64,000 nt of DNA from Fibrobacteria bacterium (GTDB lineage Bacteria > Fibrobacterota > Fibrobacteria > UBA11236). The notes under the pieces are model-generated. The model was not told the origin of the DNA. It did no database searches and was given only the letters and a program-made list of their open reading frames with translations. This document shows, piece by piece, positions 1 to 9,462 of this stretch; the stretch's first letter is position 1; the number at the start of each line of letters is the position of its first letter. Location of the stretch: positions 1 through 64,000 of the forward strand of contig JAYTSD010000045.1 in assembly GCA_043745805.1 (NCBI GenBank). The letters run 5' to 3'. A program made the translations under genes and the position numbers.

Positions 1-147
1 CTATGCGCCACATTCGGGATTAGGAATGATGTCGCCAAATGATTTTTTTAAACTTAAATTAGCAGCATAGCTGGTTCGAATTTAAGCCGATAAGAGCACG
101 TTTTTGAAGCTTTGCAGCCATACTTTTTGTAATTTTACTTTCAAAAA

Positions 148-405
148 ATGAGCCTTATGACAAAAAAAGATTTATTAATTGAGCTATTAAAAATTGCCCG
201 TGATGTAATTGGCGAAGACGATTTGGTATTTGCGGCAGATACACCCTTCGCACAAATAGAAGAATGGGACTCTCTCAATCATTTGCATATAATTGTAGGC
301 ATAGAATCGACTTTTGGAATTCGTTTTGATGATGCCGTACAATTACAAGGAGTCGTTAAGGTACAAGATTTACTGGATATCATCGCGAGGTTAAAGGGGC
401 TTTAG
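148..405 (+). CDS. Acyl/aminoacyl carrier protein (DltC-like)
   Basis: Small acidic protein with phosphopantetheine site WDSLNHL; first gene of ACP-MBOAT-SGNH-adenylation operon. Confidence 0.9.
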   Translation: MSLMTKKDLLIELLKIARDVIGEDDLVFAADTPFAQIEEWDSLNHLHIIVGIESTFGIRFDDAVQLQGVVKVQDLLDIIARLKGL

Positions 406-438
406 TTAGCGCCTATAACTCTTTTATTAAGAGATATT

Positions 439-1848
439 TTGCAATTCCTGTCCCTAGAATTTTTATTGGTTTTTGTTGGGATCTGTTTATTAAATTGGAT
501 TATCCCTCGTAAATCCTGGCAAAACTTTTTGCTATTAGTCGCTTCGCTGGCATTGGTCTTTTACATTAACCCCATCGCATTACTCATTCTTGTAATCTCT
601 ACTTTTTTGGAATGGCTCATCGCTTTAAAAATGGGGGTAACCGAAAATAAACGTGACCGAGCCACTTTGCTTTGGACTTCAGTGGGGATGAATTTAGCGC
701 AGCTCGCCTTTTTTAAATACTCTCAATTTTTTATACCGGAAATGACTCAAATATTATTCAAATTAGGGTTTCATCCAGGCGTTTTGAAAATACTCATGCC
801 GGTGGGGCTTTCGTTTTGGACTTTGCAAAAAATGACTTTAACTCTGGATGTCTTTTATCGCCGCATCCAGCCAGAAAAAAACTTTTTCCTCTGTTTACTT
901 TTCACCAGTTTTTTTCCAACCTTGCTTTCAGGCCCTATTGAAAGGTCGCGGAATTTCCTTCCTCTATTGCAAAAGCCGCGCATTTGGAATTCGCATACTT
1001 TCTCCGAAGGCATTTGGTTATTCGCGATAGGAGCATTTCTTAAAGCAGTAATAGCAGACAATGTGGCCGTCTGCGCCGATGTATTATTAAGCCGTGGGCA
1101 TTCTGGGCTGTCGATTTTACTCGGTATATGGGCTTATACATTGCAAATTTATGGGGACTTTGCAGGTTACTCTTATATGGCATGCGGCTGGGCTAAACTT
1201 CTTGGATTAGACATCACGCAAAATTTTATGACACCCTATTTGACACGTAACATTTCCGATTTTTGGAAGCATTGGCATATCTCTTTATCGGGATGGCTGA
1301 ATGAATATGTTTTCGTCCCCACTTCCATGAAATTACGCGATTGGAAAACGGGAAGTATTCTATTTGCTATTTGGTTGACTTTTGTGGCAAGCGGTTTATG
1401 GCATGGAACGGGAATGACTTTTTTTGTTTATGGATGCATTCATGCATTCGGGTTAACTATTTTCACTTTAAGCAAAAATGCGCGCAAGCGATTTAAGAAA
1501 AAATTTGACGGTCCATTGCTTAATTTTTTAGCAATACTCATTACTTTTCATTGGGTTTGTTTTGGGTTTATTTTTTTTCGCGCTCCCAATTTGACTCAAG
1601 CTTGGGAAATCGTATGCAATTTATTCCATCATTCCGTTATACCTCTCGGCCCTGTATTTGATTGGAAGGTTTTATGTTTGACTGGTTTCGCTGTTTTTTG
1701 GCTGCAATGGCAAATAGCGAAGGACCGGAACATTTTTTGGATTTTTGAGCGTACGATTTGGTATAGAGTAGCTTTATATTTGTTGCTCGGTTTTGTACTT
1801 TTACGATTTTACGAGACCTCAGACAGGTTCATTTATTTTCAATTTTAA
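439..1848 (+). CDS. MBOAT family O-acyltransferase (AlgI/PatA/DltB-like)
   Basis: Polytopic membrane protein; PVGLSFWT, SGPIER, DFAGYS, FWKHWHISLS, SGLWHG (catalytic His); C-terminal FIYFQF; TTG start. Confidence 0.93.
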   Translation: MQFLSLEFLLVFVGICLLNWIIPRKSWQNFLLLVASLALVFYINPIALLILVISTFLEWLIALKMGVTENKRDRATLLWTSVGMNLAQLAFFKYSQFFIPEMTQILFKLGFHPGVLKILMPVGLSFWTLQKMTLTLDVFYRRIQPEKNFFLCLLFTSFFPTLLSGPIERSRNFLPLLQKPRIWNSHTFSEGIWLFAIGAFLKAVIADNVAVCADVLLSRGHSGLSILLGIWAYTLQIYGDFAGYSYMACGWAKLLGLDITQNFMTPYLTRNISDFWKHWHISLSGWLNEYVFVPTSMKLRDWKTGSILFAIWLTFVASGLWHGTGMTFFVYGCIHAFGLTIFTLSKNARKRFKKKFDGPLLNFLAILITFHWVCFGFIFFRAPNLTQAWEIVCNLFHHSVIPLGPVFDWKVLCLTGFAVFWLQWQIAKDRNIFWIFERTIWYRVALYLLLGFVLLRFYETSDRFIYFQF

Positions 1849-1862
1849 AAAGGAAGCAGTTT

Positions 1863-2927
1863 TTGCGCCTCTTAAAGACCTTTTTCCAAAACTTTCCTGC
1901 TGCCTCTAGGGCCCTGCTATTAGCAATGTCGGTAAGTTTATTGGTTTGGATCGGACTGTATTGGCATTTTCATGAAAATAAGCCCACGATTTTTGTTTTG
2001 GGTGACTCTGGTATTGGCAATTATAGATTGGATCCCGGTGATCGTTTTCAAGATATTCTAGAAAAAATGAATCCTGGAATTTCAGTCAACAATTGGGCAC
2101 AGCCTGGCGCAACTCCAATGGACTTTCTTTTGCAATACACCCGCGGCAAACTTTTGGCGGGAAAGCCTCAGAGAGTAGTTATTGCCTTTTCTCCAGATAA
2201 ATTTTTGGAAGACGCCATACCTCATCGTTTTGATGATGATGGTGCAAACTTGCGGTATATACCTTGGAATCAAACGGGATGGGAGCTTTTTACCAGACTC
2301 TCCCTCAAGGAGAAAAATGCAGCTATCGTAGGGCAGTCCAGCCTCTTTTTTTATGCGGCTACGGATTTAGGCAAAGCCTTATGGATTCGGTATGTGCAGT
2401 GGCCGTGGGAACGCTCGCAAATGCGTACTGCTACGTGTGAGCGAAGAAAAAGAATAGAACGTAAATCCTTGGAATGTGGTAGAGAACTCGACACCTTGAA
2501 AATGGTGGATGATAAAGCTTATGAAGAGCTTCCTTTGGCAGAGGATGCCGAATTTTTATTAACCGTATTAAAAAGTGAAGGCGTAGAAACACATGTGATA
2601 CTGTTACCTATCAGTAACCCACATTTAATCCACAAAACTTATTCTCTTCGCGCTCAAGCGAATCAAGATACGCTCACCGTAAGAATGCGTCATTGGTTGG
2701 AAAATTTAGGCCAGCCATATGTTGATTTTAATGCCCCACAAGAAATCACTCATTTTCCAGACTCTACGTGGGATGATATGACCCATTTAAAATCCCCTTT
2801 GGTATTCGCCCATATGTCTCAGAGGCTTGAAAGAGCTTGGCATGCATCTCCCAATCATGTTATACAACAACGTTTCTCGGCACTTGGCAAAGATGAAAGT
2901 CATGAATTTTTAGATGCCAGATATTAA
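1863..2927 (+). CDS. Membrane-anchored SGNH-like acyltransferase (DltD/AlgJ-like)
   Basis: N-terminal TM helix, GDS motif (VLGDSG), C-terminal DxxH (DMTH); operon context. Confidence 0.7.
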   Translation: MRLLKTFFQNFPAASRALLLAMSVSLLVWIGLYWHFHENKPTIFVLGDSGIGNYRLDPGDRFQDILEKMNPGISVNNWAQPGATPMDFLLQYTRGKLLAGKPQRVVIAFSPDKFLEDAIPHRFDDDGANLRYIPWNQTGWELFTRLSLKEKNAAIVGQSSLFFYAATDLGKALWIRYVQWPWERSQMRTATCERRKRIERKSLECGRELDTLKMVDDKAYEELPLAEDAEFLLTVLKSEGVETHVILLPISNPHLIHKTYSLRAQANQDTLTVRMRHWLENLGQPYVDFNAPQEITHFPDSTWDDMTHLKSPLVFAHMSQRLERAWHASPNHVIQQRFSALGKDESHEFLDARY

Positions 2928-4554
2928 AGTGGCAACCACATTTCCCGTTTCAAATTTAGCCAGTCTATTTTATAAATCTGCAGCCCAGGCTCCTAACCAT
3001 CAAGCACTGAGTTGGGATGAAGGTGCTTTGACCTATAGCGAGCTTCGCGATTTAATGGAGTCGTTACGCCCTACCCTTGTTTCTGATAATGCGGATTGCA
3101 TCGGTATTCTAGCCTATAGAAGCCCTTTAGCTTATGCATCCGTGCTGGCTATACTGGCTGAGGGTAAAGCTTATGTTCCGCTCAATCCCATATTTCCTCC
3201 GGCCCGTAATGGATATATTTTGCAAAAGGCTCGCATCAATACTTTAATTGTTGGCGAAGAATGTGCTGATGCCTTGGTCGCCTTATTGGAAGAATGGGAA
3301 AAACTTAAAAAACCTTTGCGTATTATTCTGTTAAGCAATGCGGACAAAATCAAAACCATTTTACTGAAGCCATCGATCGTTATTAGTAACCAGACGGTTA
3401 CTGTTAAATCGAATCTAATACCGGCTCCTCTTGCTTCTATTACTCAAGAAAATAGTGCTTATGTTTTATTTACTTCGGGAAGTACTGGACAACCTAAAGG
3501 TGTTAGAATTCGGCATGACAATGTATTGTCCTATGTTCAATCCTTTCTCTCGGTTTATCCAATTTATGCTGAAGACCGCGTGTCCCAAACTTTCGATTTA
3601 ACTTTTGATGTCAGTGTACATGATCAATTTGTAACCTGGGCAGTAGGAGCCACACTAATAGTTTTCCCAGATAAATCGCTTTTCTCACCATTGGTATATG
3701 CAGCAGAACAAAAACTCACAGTTTGGTTTTCGGTTCCGGCAAGAGCGGCTTTTTTAGACAGCGCAAGATTAGTGATTCCGAATGCTTTGCCTAATGTTCG
3801 CTTGAGTTTATTCGCTGGAGAAAAACTTACTTGGAAAACTTGTGAGACATGGAAGCGTATTGCTCCGAATAGTCGCTTATTTAATTTATATGGTCCTACT
3901 GAAGCTACTGTTGCTTTTACGCATTTTGAAATTCCTAAAGACTTTCCGGAGGAAAGAGCCTATCAAGGAGGCATTCCAATTGGTAGGGCTTGGCTTGGCC
4001 AAAGTATTGAAGTGCGCCGCCCGGATAATTCTTTATGTACGCCAGGAGAAGTCGGTAGCTTATGGCTTGCGGGCGATCAAGTGGCTCCCAGCTATTGGGA
4101 TGAAGCAGAAAAAACCGCGGAACGATTTATTGCCCGCGAAGAGGTGATTTGGTATCGTACGGGTGATTTAGTACTCGAGGAAACCGACGGGTTACTGCAG
4201 TATTTAGGCCGAGAAGATTTTCAGGTTAAAGTGATGGGATATCGTATTGAATTGGGTGAAATAGAACATGCCCTGATGAACTGTTCTGATGCAGCTTTTG
4301 CTTTGGCAGATGTCGCTCCGATACGAGGGGATATAGAAGAAATCTACTGTGTATTGCCGAAGCATTTAGCGCCTCGTAAAAAGGAAATCAATGTGGCATT
4401 AAAACAACGTTTACCTTCTTATATGGTACCGCGTCATGTTTATTTTACCGATGATATCCCCTTGAATGCAAATGGAAAAATGGATAGGGGCGCTTTGAAA
4501 ATTCAAATTTTAAAAGCCCTCGCGCCACAGCAGCTGTTTAATCAAAAAAATTAG
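2914..4554 (+). CDS. Stand-alone amino-acid adenylation enzyme (DltA-like carrier protein ligase)
   Basis: FTSGSTGQPKG, FDVS, NLYGPTE, YRTGD, GREDFQVKVMGYRIELGEIE, PLNANGKMDR. Confidence 0.9.
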   Translation: MPDIKVATTFPVSNLASLFYKSAAQAPNHQALSWDEGALTYSELRDLMESLRPTLVSDNADCIGILAYRSPLAYASVLAILAEGKAYVPLNPIFPPARNGYILQKARINTLIVGEECADALVALLEEWEKLKKPLRIILLSNADKIKTILLKPSIVISNQTVTVKSNLIPAPLASITQENSAYVLFTSGSTGQPKGVRIRHDNVLSYVQSFLSVYPIYAEDRVSQTFDLTFDVSVHDQFVTWAVGATLIVFPDKSLFSPLVYAAEQKLTVWFSVPARAAFLDSARLVIPNALPNVRLSLFAGEKLTWKTCETWKRIAPNSRLFNLYGPTEATVAFTHFEIPKDFPEERAYQGGIPIGRAWLGQSIEVRRPDNSLCTPGEVGSLWLAGDQVAPSYWDEAEKTAERFIAREEVIWYRTGDLVLEETDGLLQYLGREDFQVKVMGYRIELGEIEHALMNCSDAAFALADVAPIRGDIEEIYCVLPKHLAPRKKEINVALKQRLPSYMVPRHVYFTDDIPLNANGKMDRGALKIQILKALAPQQLFNQKN

Positions 4555-4645
4555 GCAAACAAATTAAAATCTTTATAACCGATGATTTTTTTTGAGTAAC
4601 TTTAATGTTACTCTCCTTATTACGTTCACTTATGTAAATAAACGA

Positions 4646-7219
4646 TTAATCTTCAGAATGTTTCGGCTCTGGAAGCAATTGCATAGCTAGCCAAGGGGTC
4701 AAACACATGGAGGTGCCTAATAAAACCAATAATCCCAGTACGGCAAATTTTCCTATACTTGCTATGCCCATATGCGAAGTGAAAAGCATGCCTGCATAAC
4801 CTGCTGTAGTTGTTAAAGTGGAAACAGCGACCAAGCTCCCAATACCATGATACAGTTCTCCAATGCGATAGCGTCCCAAACGTAAATAACCCAGTAACAT
4901 ATAACTTGCTACATCCACGGCATAGCCTTGCAAAGTGGTGATCACAATTAAGTTGAAGGGTCCGATCTTTAATCCGAATAAACCCATTAAACCCAGTATC
5001 CAAACTAAGCCCACTACCATTTGAATAATACAGGCCGTGAGTAAACGCCAATCTCGGAATATAAAAGCTAAGAGTAAAATCAAGACCAATATCATCCAAA
5101 ATGAAACTCGAATGATGTCGGATTTAACGATATGAATAATATCGCTGAATACAAAACTAGAGCTAAAGCTAGATAGCTTTTCTCCTCCTACTGTGAGATG
5201 TCCATAGTGCTCTTGGAAAACCGCTGCATCCAAGGCATTGGAAGAATTATATCTTCCATATATAAACCCTAAGCGTCCATAACTGCCATCGCGCTCGCGT
5301 AACAAATTAAGCGCCCAAGATGGAATATCTTGAGGGCCAAATGTATTTGTTTGTGTAAGCTCTCGCAAATTAGCAATCATCGCTGAATCATCGCCTTTGG
5401 CGCGATCAAATACGCGTGCTGAAATTAATTCGCTGATATGATGGATATCGACTAATCTGTCTTGCTGCGCCTGCGCTGGAGGAACGAAAGTCGACAAGGT
5501 GAGAAAGCTACGCAAATAAGGATCGCGTTTAACGGTGAGGCAACGTAACAAAGTGTCTTGCAAAGCAGCCATAGAGGCTGAGTCATGGGCCATCACCACT
5601 ACGGGTTGACTACTCGTGCGATTACTGCCTAAAGCCACACTAACAGGTAAGCCGCTATCTTTTTCTCCTCGGGTATCGCGCAGTTTAGAAAAGTCATATT
5701 CGAAGGCTAAACGTGGTATAAAAAAAGCTAATAACACAGCGCCAACAAGCACGGAGTATGCACTACGTTTCGTTATCTTTTTCCAATTGGGTTTCCAAGT
5801 AAAGGGCAAATACTTCGGCCAGTGAATAGGCTTTGCAGGTTTAAGTTTTAGCCAAGCGAATCCAGGAATATTACCCAAGCTTTCCGTTGCGAATACATAA
5901 GCCGGCATGAGTAAATAAACACCAACTAAACTTACCACTATGCCTGCGGAAGCCTGTACACCGAATTCATAAAAGCCCACAAACTTTGAGGCTAATAAAG
6001 TGAGAAGGCCTGCGACTGTTGTAGATGCGGCCACTAGCAATGAATAAAATAGTTCATTCAATGTTTGAGAAAGTGCAAAAGTCCAATCCTTGCCTTCTCG
6101 CACTAAACGTAAAGCATAACCTAATACATAAATGGAAAAATCTATTCCCATTCCAAATAAAATAGAGACCACAAAAGCGGTATAAAGATTTAAATGTCCA
6201 TAAATGGACATAGTTAACGCCAAGGTTACCAAGCAAGAAATCACCGCTTGCAGAAAAATGACAATAATGGAACCTAGTCCTCGAAAGAAAAAAGCGATAA
6301 TTAAAATGTTTAAACCTACAGAAATAATGGTGGCTAAAAGTCCATTGCTTGCAAGTGAGCTCACCTCGGCTAATTCTTTATAAGGACCTTCTACACCTGT
6401 TTTTAAGCGCGATCCGTATTCTGCGCGCACCGGGTTTAATAAAGCTTCGCTGCGAGCTACTACTGTCTTTACATAGTCGAAGTCTGAACTAGGTTTTGAC
6501 AAGGAGGCTTGTACAATTCCAACCAAACGGCCATCGCGGGTTCGTCCCATCAATCGAGAACGTAGGGAGTCGGGAATACCCTCCTTCGCATCGTATTTGT
6601 CGGTAGTGGTTTTGTCTTTTTTTAGAAAGCGAGAAAAAGATTCTGCGGCTTCATCGGGCAAGCCCAATTGTTGTGGAAGATCGGCATCAAACCATTCTCT
6701 TTTTGATTTTGTTTCGGTGGGTTGCGGTTCATCATCAAATAAATCGACAGTCAATGGTCCTTGTTTACCAAGGTCAAGACGTAAGTCTTCAATCTTTTCC
6801 GATATTTTTTTCAATTGCACTTGAGGCAAATACAATAAAGCATGCTTGCGAAAAAAAGAATTGTCTCTCGCCACTTGCGCATAAACCACATCCGGCCATT
6901 TTCGTAAAGAGTCAGCGAGCCTATCTTGCAGATGCGCCAATTCGACTGGATCATTCATTACAATGGCTATAGTATAGAGATCCGAGCTACCCAATCGCGC
7001 CTTTGCTTCATGCATCGCACGTATGGTTTCTGTATCGCGGGGGAGAAGGGCATCGAGATTAGCATCAATGCGCAAGTGGGTCGCATAATATCCGCAAAGC
7101 ACGGAAGCGATTATACTCAAGCCTACGATGAGAAAACGATGGCGTTTGGAAAAGAGAATATAGGACTTTAGAAAACCCTTCCAAAGTCCGGGCTTTTGAT
7201 GAGAAGTTTTAGGATTCAT
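4646..7219 (-). CDS. MMPL/RND superfamily exporter
   Basis: Two TM bundles separated by large loops; GMGIDFSIY and TTVAG/TTTAG motifs. Confidence 0.85.
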   Translation of the reverse strand: MNPKTSHQKPGLWKGFLKSYILFSKRHRFLIVGLSIIASVLCGYYATHLRIDANLDALLPRDTETIRAMHEAKARLGSSDLYTIAIVMNDPVELAHLQDRLADSLRKWPDVVYAQVARDNSFFRKHALLYLPQVQLKKISEKIEDLRLDLGKQGPLTVDLFDDEPQPTETKSKREWFDADLPQQLGLPDEAAESFSRFLKKDKTTTDKYDAKEGIPDSLRSRLMGRTRDGRLVGIVQASLSKPSSDFDYVKTVVARSEALLNPVRAEYGSRLKTGVEGPYKELAEVSSLASNGLLATIISVGLNILIIAFFFRGLGSIIVIFLQAVISCLVTLALTMSIYGHLNLYTAFVVSILFGMGIDFSIYVLGYALRLVREGKDWTFALSQTLNELFYSLLVAASTTVAGLLTLLASKFVGFYEFGVQASAGIVVSLVGVYLLMPAYVFATESLGNIPGFAWLKLKPAKPIHWPKYLPFTWKPNWKKITKRSAYSVLVGAVLLAFFIPRLAFEYDFSKLRDTRGEKDSGLPVSVALGSNRTSSQPVVVMAHDSASMAALQDTLLRCLTVKRDPYLRSFLTLSTFVPPAQAQQDRLVDIHHISELISARVFDRAKGDDSAMIANLRELTQTNTFGPQDIPSWALNLLRERDGSYGRLGFIYGRYNSSNALDAAVFQEHYGHLTVGGEKLSSFSSSFVFSDIIHIVKSDIIRVSFWMILVLILLLAFIFRDWRLLTACIIQMVVGLVWILGLMGLFGLKIGPFNLIVITTLQGYAVDVASYMLLGYLRLGRYRIGELYHGIGSLVAVSTLTTTAGYAGMLFTSHMGIASIGKFAVLGLLVLLGTSMCLTPWLAMQLLPEPKHSED

Positions 7220-7512
7220 GTCTTAGTAAAATAAATCTGAATTGAGTATTTGTAACCCCGATTGGGTTAAATCTTTGTTTGTGGATAAATTTTTGGAGTT
7301 TTCCAAGTTACGCCTATTTAAATACTCTACGATTGTAGGGCCGATTTTCTGGTTAGTCAATCCAGAAGCTTTAGCGTTTTCTTATTTGGGTATCTATTAA
7401 AACAGGTTTTAGAGAATCTTTCGGTTATTTAATTAAGAAAAATCGCTACTTCCAAAATGCTATTGCCACCGTTAGGATTATAAAAGTGTAAACCAAAAAT
7501 CTTGAGATAAAA

Positions 7513-8598
7513 GTGACGCGAAACTTTTGGCTATTCGGTTTGTTTTTCGGGTGGGGAATTGGGCTAATTCAAGCGCAATTACAGGCGCTTTATATTTATC
7601 ATCCCGAACAAAATTATGGATCACAATTACTGTTTTCGCCCTTTTCGGTATTTATTAATGGTTCCTATGATATTTTACGCAATGGAGGTTTTGGCCATGA
7701 CATTACTCAATTGTCTTATTCACAAGGGATGCAAAATGTTCCGCGTAATTTAGGAAATCCTTTCAAAAATATTTCACTTTATAATAAACAAGAAGGGCAT
7801 GATTTTTTCTCAGAACAAATTCTACCCCAAAATTTAAATGTGGAAAAAGCATCGTGGGTTCCTAATTATCAAAGCCATTTAATTGGCGAAGGATTGATTA
7901 CTAGAGAGTTGGCAGAATGGTATAAAGCCAGAGGTGTAAAGTATCCGTATGCTATGGCTATTGTTAATGAATTTTCATCGCAATTTATGAATGAGGTGGT
8001 GGAGAATGGAAGTTATGTGGGTAACAATATTGATCCAATCGCTGACATATATATATTTGATCCCTTAGGTTGGTTATTATTTGCTTGGGATCCAGCGGCA
8101 AAAATTTTTGGTGAAACTTTGCATTTTGCTCTGTGGAGTCCGCAACCCGTTTATAATCCTATTAATCATAATTTAAGCAATGCGGGCGAAGAATATGTGA
8201 TTAAGGTTGACGTCCCCTTCACGCAGTCCTATCAAATCTTTTATAGCTGGGGCATTGATGGAAATGTTGGCTTAACTAAAAAATGGGACACCGGATGGAG
8301 TACGTCTCTAGGTGTTGGTCGCGTCGCCGATCATTTAGCTTATCAAAAATTATCGCAAAGTCGATTTGTTTCGGCGCAATTAAAACCGCAAATTATTTTT
8401 TGTATTGATCGTAATAATTCACTATTGCTTAGTTTTGCGCAAGTGGGATTTCAGGAAGCTAATTTTCGATTGAATATGTATCCAGGTTTAATTCAAAGTT
8501 CTGGATTCGGTGGATTCTTGGGCTGGAGCCCTTATACCGGAATGCAATTAGGGGTAACTTATGCCTTTTTACCTTTGGGATTATTTGCAGGGAATTGA
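7513..8598 (+). CDS. Secreted/outer-membrane hypothetical protein
   Basis: Signal peptide; NEVVEN and DPIAD motifs; amphipathic beta-strand-like C-terminal half; GTG start. Confidence 0.55.
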   Translation: MTRNFWLFGLFFGWGIGLIQAQLQALYIYHPEQNYGSQLLFSPFSVFINGSYDILRNGGFGHDITQLSYSQGMQNVPRNLGNPFKNISLYNKQEGHDFFSEQILPQNLNVEKASWVPNYQSHLIGEGLITRELAEWYKARGVKYPYAMAIVNEFSSQFMNEVVENGSYVGNNIDPIADIYIFDPLGWLLFAWDPAAKIFGETLHFALWSPQPVYNPINHNLSNAGEEYVIKVDVPFTQSYQIFYSWGIDGNVGLTKKWDTGWSTSLGVGRVADHLAYQKLSQSRFVSAQLKPQIIFCIDRNNSLLLSFAQVGFQEANFRLNMYPGLIQSSGFGGFLGWSPYTGMQLGVTYAFLPLGLFAGN

Positions 8599-8613
8599 GG
8601 GAAACTTCGTTTC

Positions 8614-9462
8614 CTATTTAATTCCAGAAGACTTTCCCTTTTTTCCCAGTAGGTTAACTCTTTCGGTAGAGTTATGTAACTGATAGGTTACCGAATAAAT
8701 ACCTTGTGCATTAATTGAAAAATAGGATTTTTGTTTGACCTTATTCTGTTGCACTGGCTTCCTATTGTTGTTCTGAATAGATACAGGTTCATTATCCGTT
8801 GCGGTGAAACGGCTAAGTCCAAAATCACTGTTTACGCCGCTTGCCCCTTGTTGATAACATCCGATGCCAGGACTACCCGTTTTGGGATGATTAGGATTAT
8901 TATCGGTTATGGACATGAGTTGTTTGCCATTTTGATAAACAGAAATGACATCGCCAATGGCGGTTACTTTAATGGTGTCGCCATTATAAACTCCCGGCCC
9001 ACTAATTTGTTTGAATAGGGTTCCTTCATTCTTTAATATATCCCCATGCGTCCCATTCCAGTAGCCGATTTCCACATAGGAAAATCCTTCATGAGCACAT
9101 TTGAAGTCCACATCGTAGCCAGCAATAGTTGTAGCGGTAATTATCATCCGTACATTAAGTTCTACCTCTTCATACACATTGCCACCCTGTTGATTGATGG
9201 AATGAATTATTGCTGTTACACTCTGATCGGGTCCCCATTGACCAGCCAAAACCGCTGCTGCATCATTATAGGGGGGATGTGTTTCTAGTCCAGTTTGCGT
9301 CCCATAGGCGACGCCTCCACTTGTTCGCATAGGAAATGCATTGATCCAATTGCCGTTTTCGGAAAGAGGATTTTCGGTTAATGGAAAAGTAGTTGTGTAG
9401 TTTCGCGCCCAAGTAGCTGATGCATTCATAATAAATAATGAGGCGAGAATGATTTTCACCAT
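8614..9462 (-). CDS. Secreted beta-sandwich (lectin-like) hypothetical protein with basic C-terminal tail
   Basis: Signal peptide ending ATWA; beta-rich core; Lys-rich tail ending VNLLGKK. Confidence 0.6.
   Translation of the reverse strand: MVKIILASLFIMNASATWARNYTTTFPLTENPLSENGNWINAFPMRTSGGVAYGTQTGLETHPPYNDAAAVLAGQWGPDQSVTAIIHSINQQGGNVYEEVELNVRMIITATTIAGYDVDFKCAHEGFSYVEIGYWNGTHGDILKNEGTLFKQISGPGVYNGDTIKVTAIGDVISVYQNGKQLMSITDNNPNHPKTGSPGIGCYQQGASGVNSDFGLSRFTATDNEPVSIQNNNRKPVQQNKVKQKSYFSINAQGIYSVTYQLHNSTERVNLLGKKGKSSGIK

Noticed and set aside
2914..4554. NRPS biosynthetic cluster
   Set aside because: No condensation or thioesterase domains; MBOAT/SGNH context points to polymer acylation
7280..7288. 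Perfect DnaA box (TGTGGATAA) suggesting oriC
   Set aside because: Single box, no cluster, no origin-associated genes nearby
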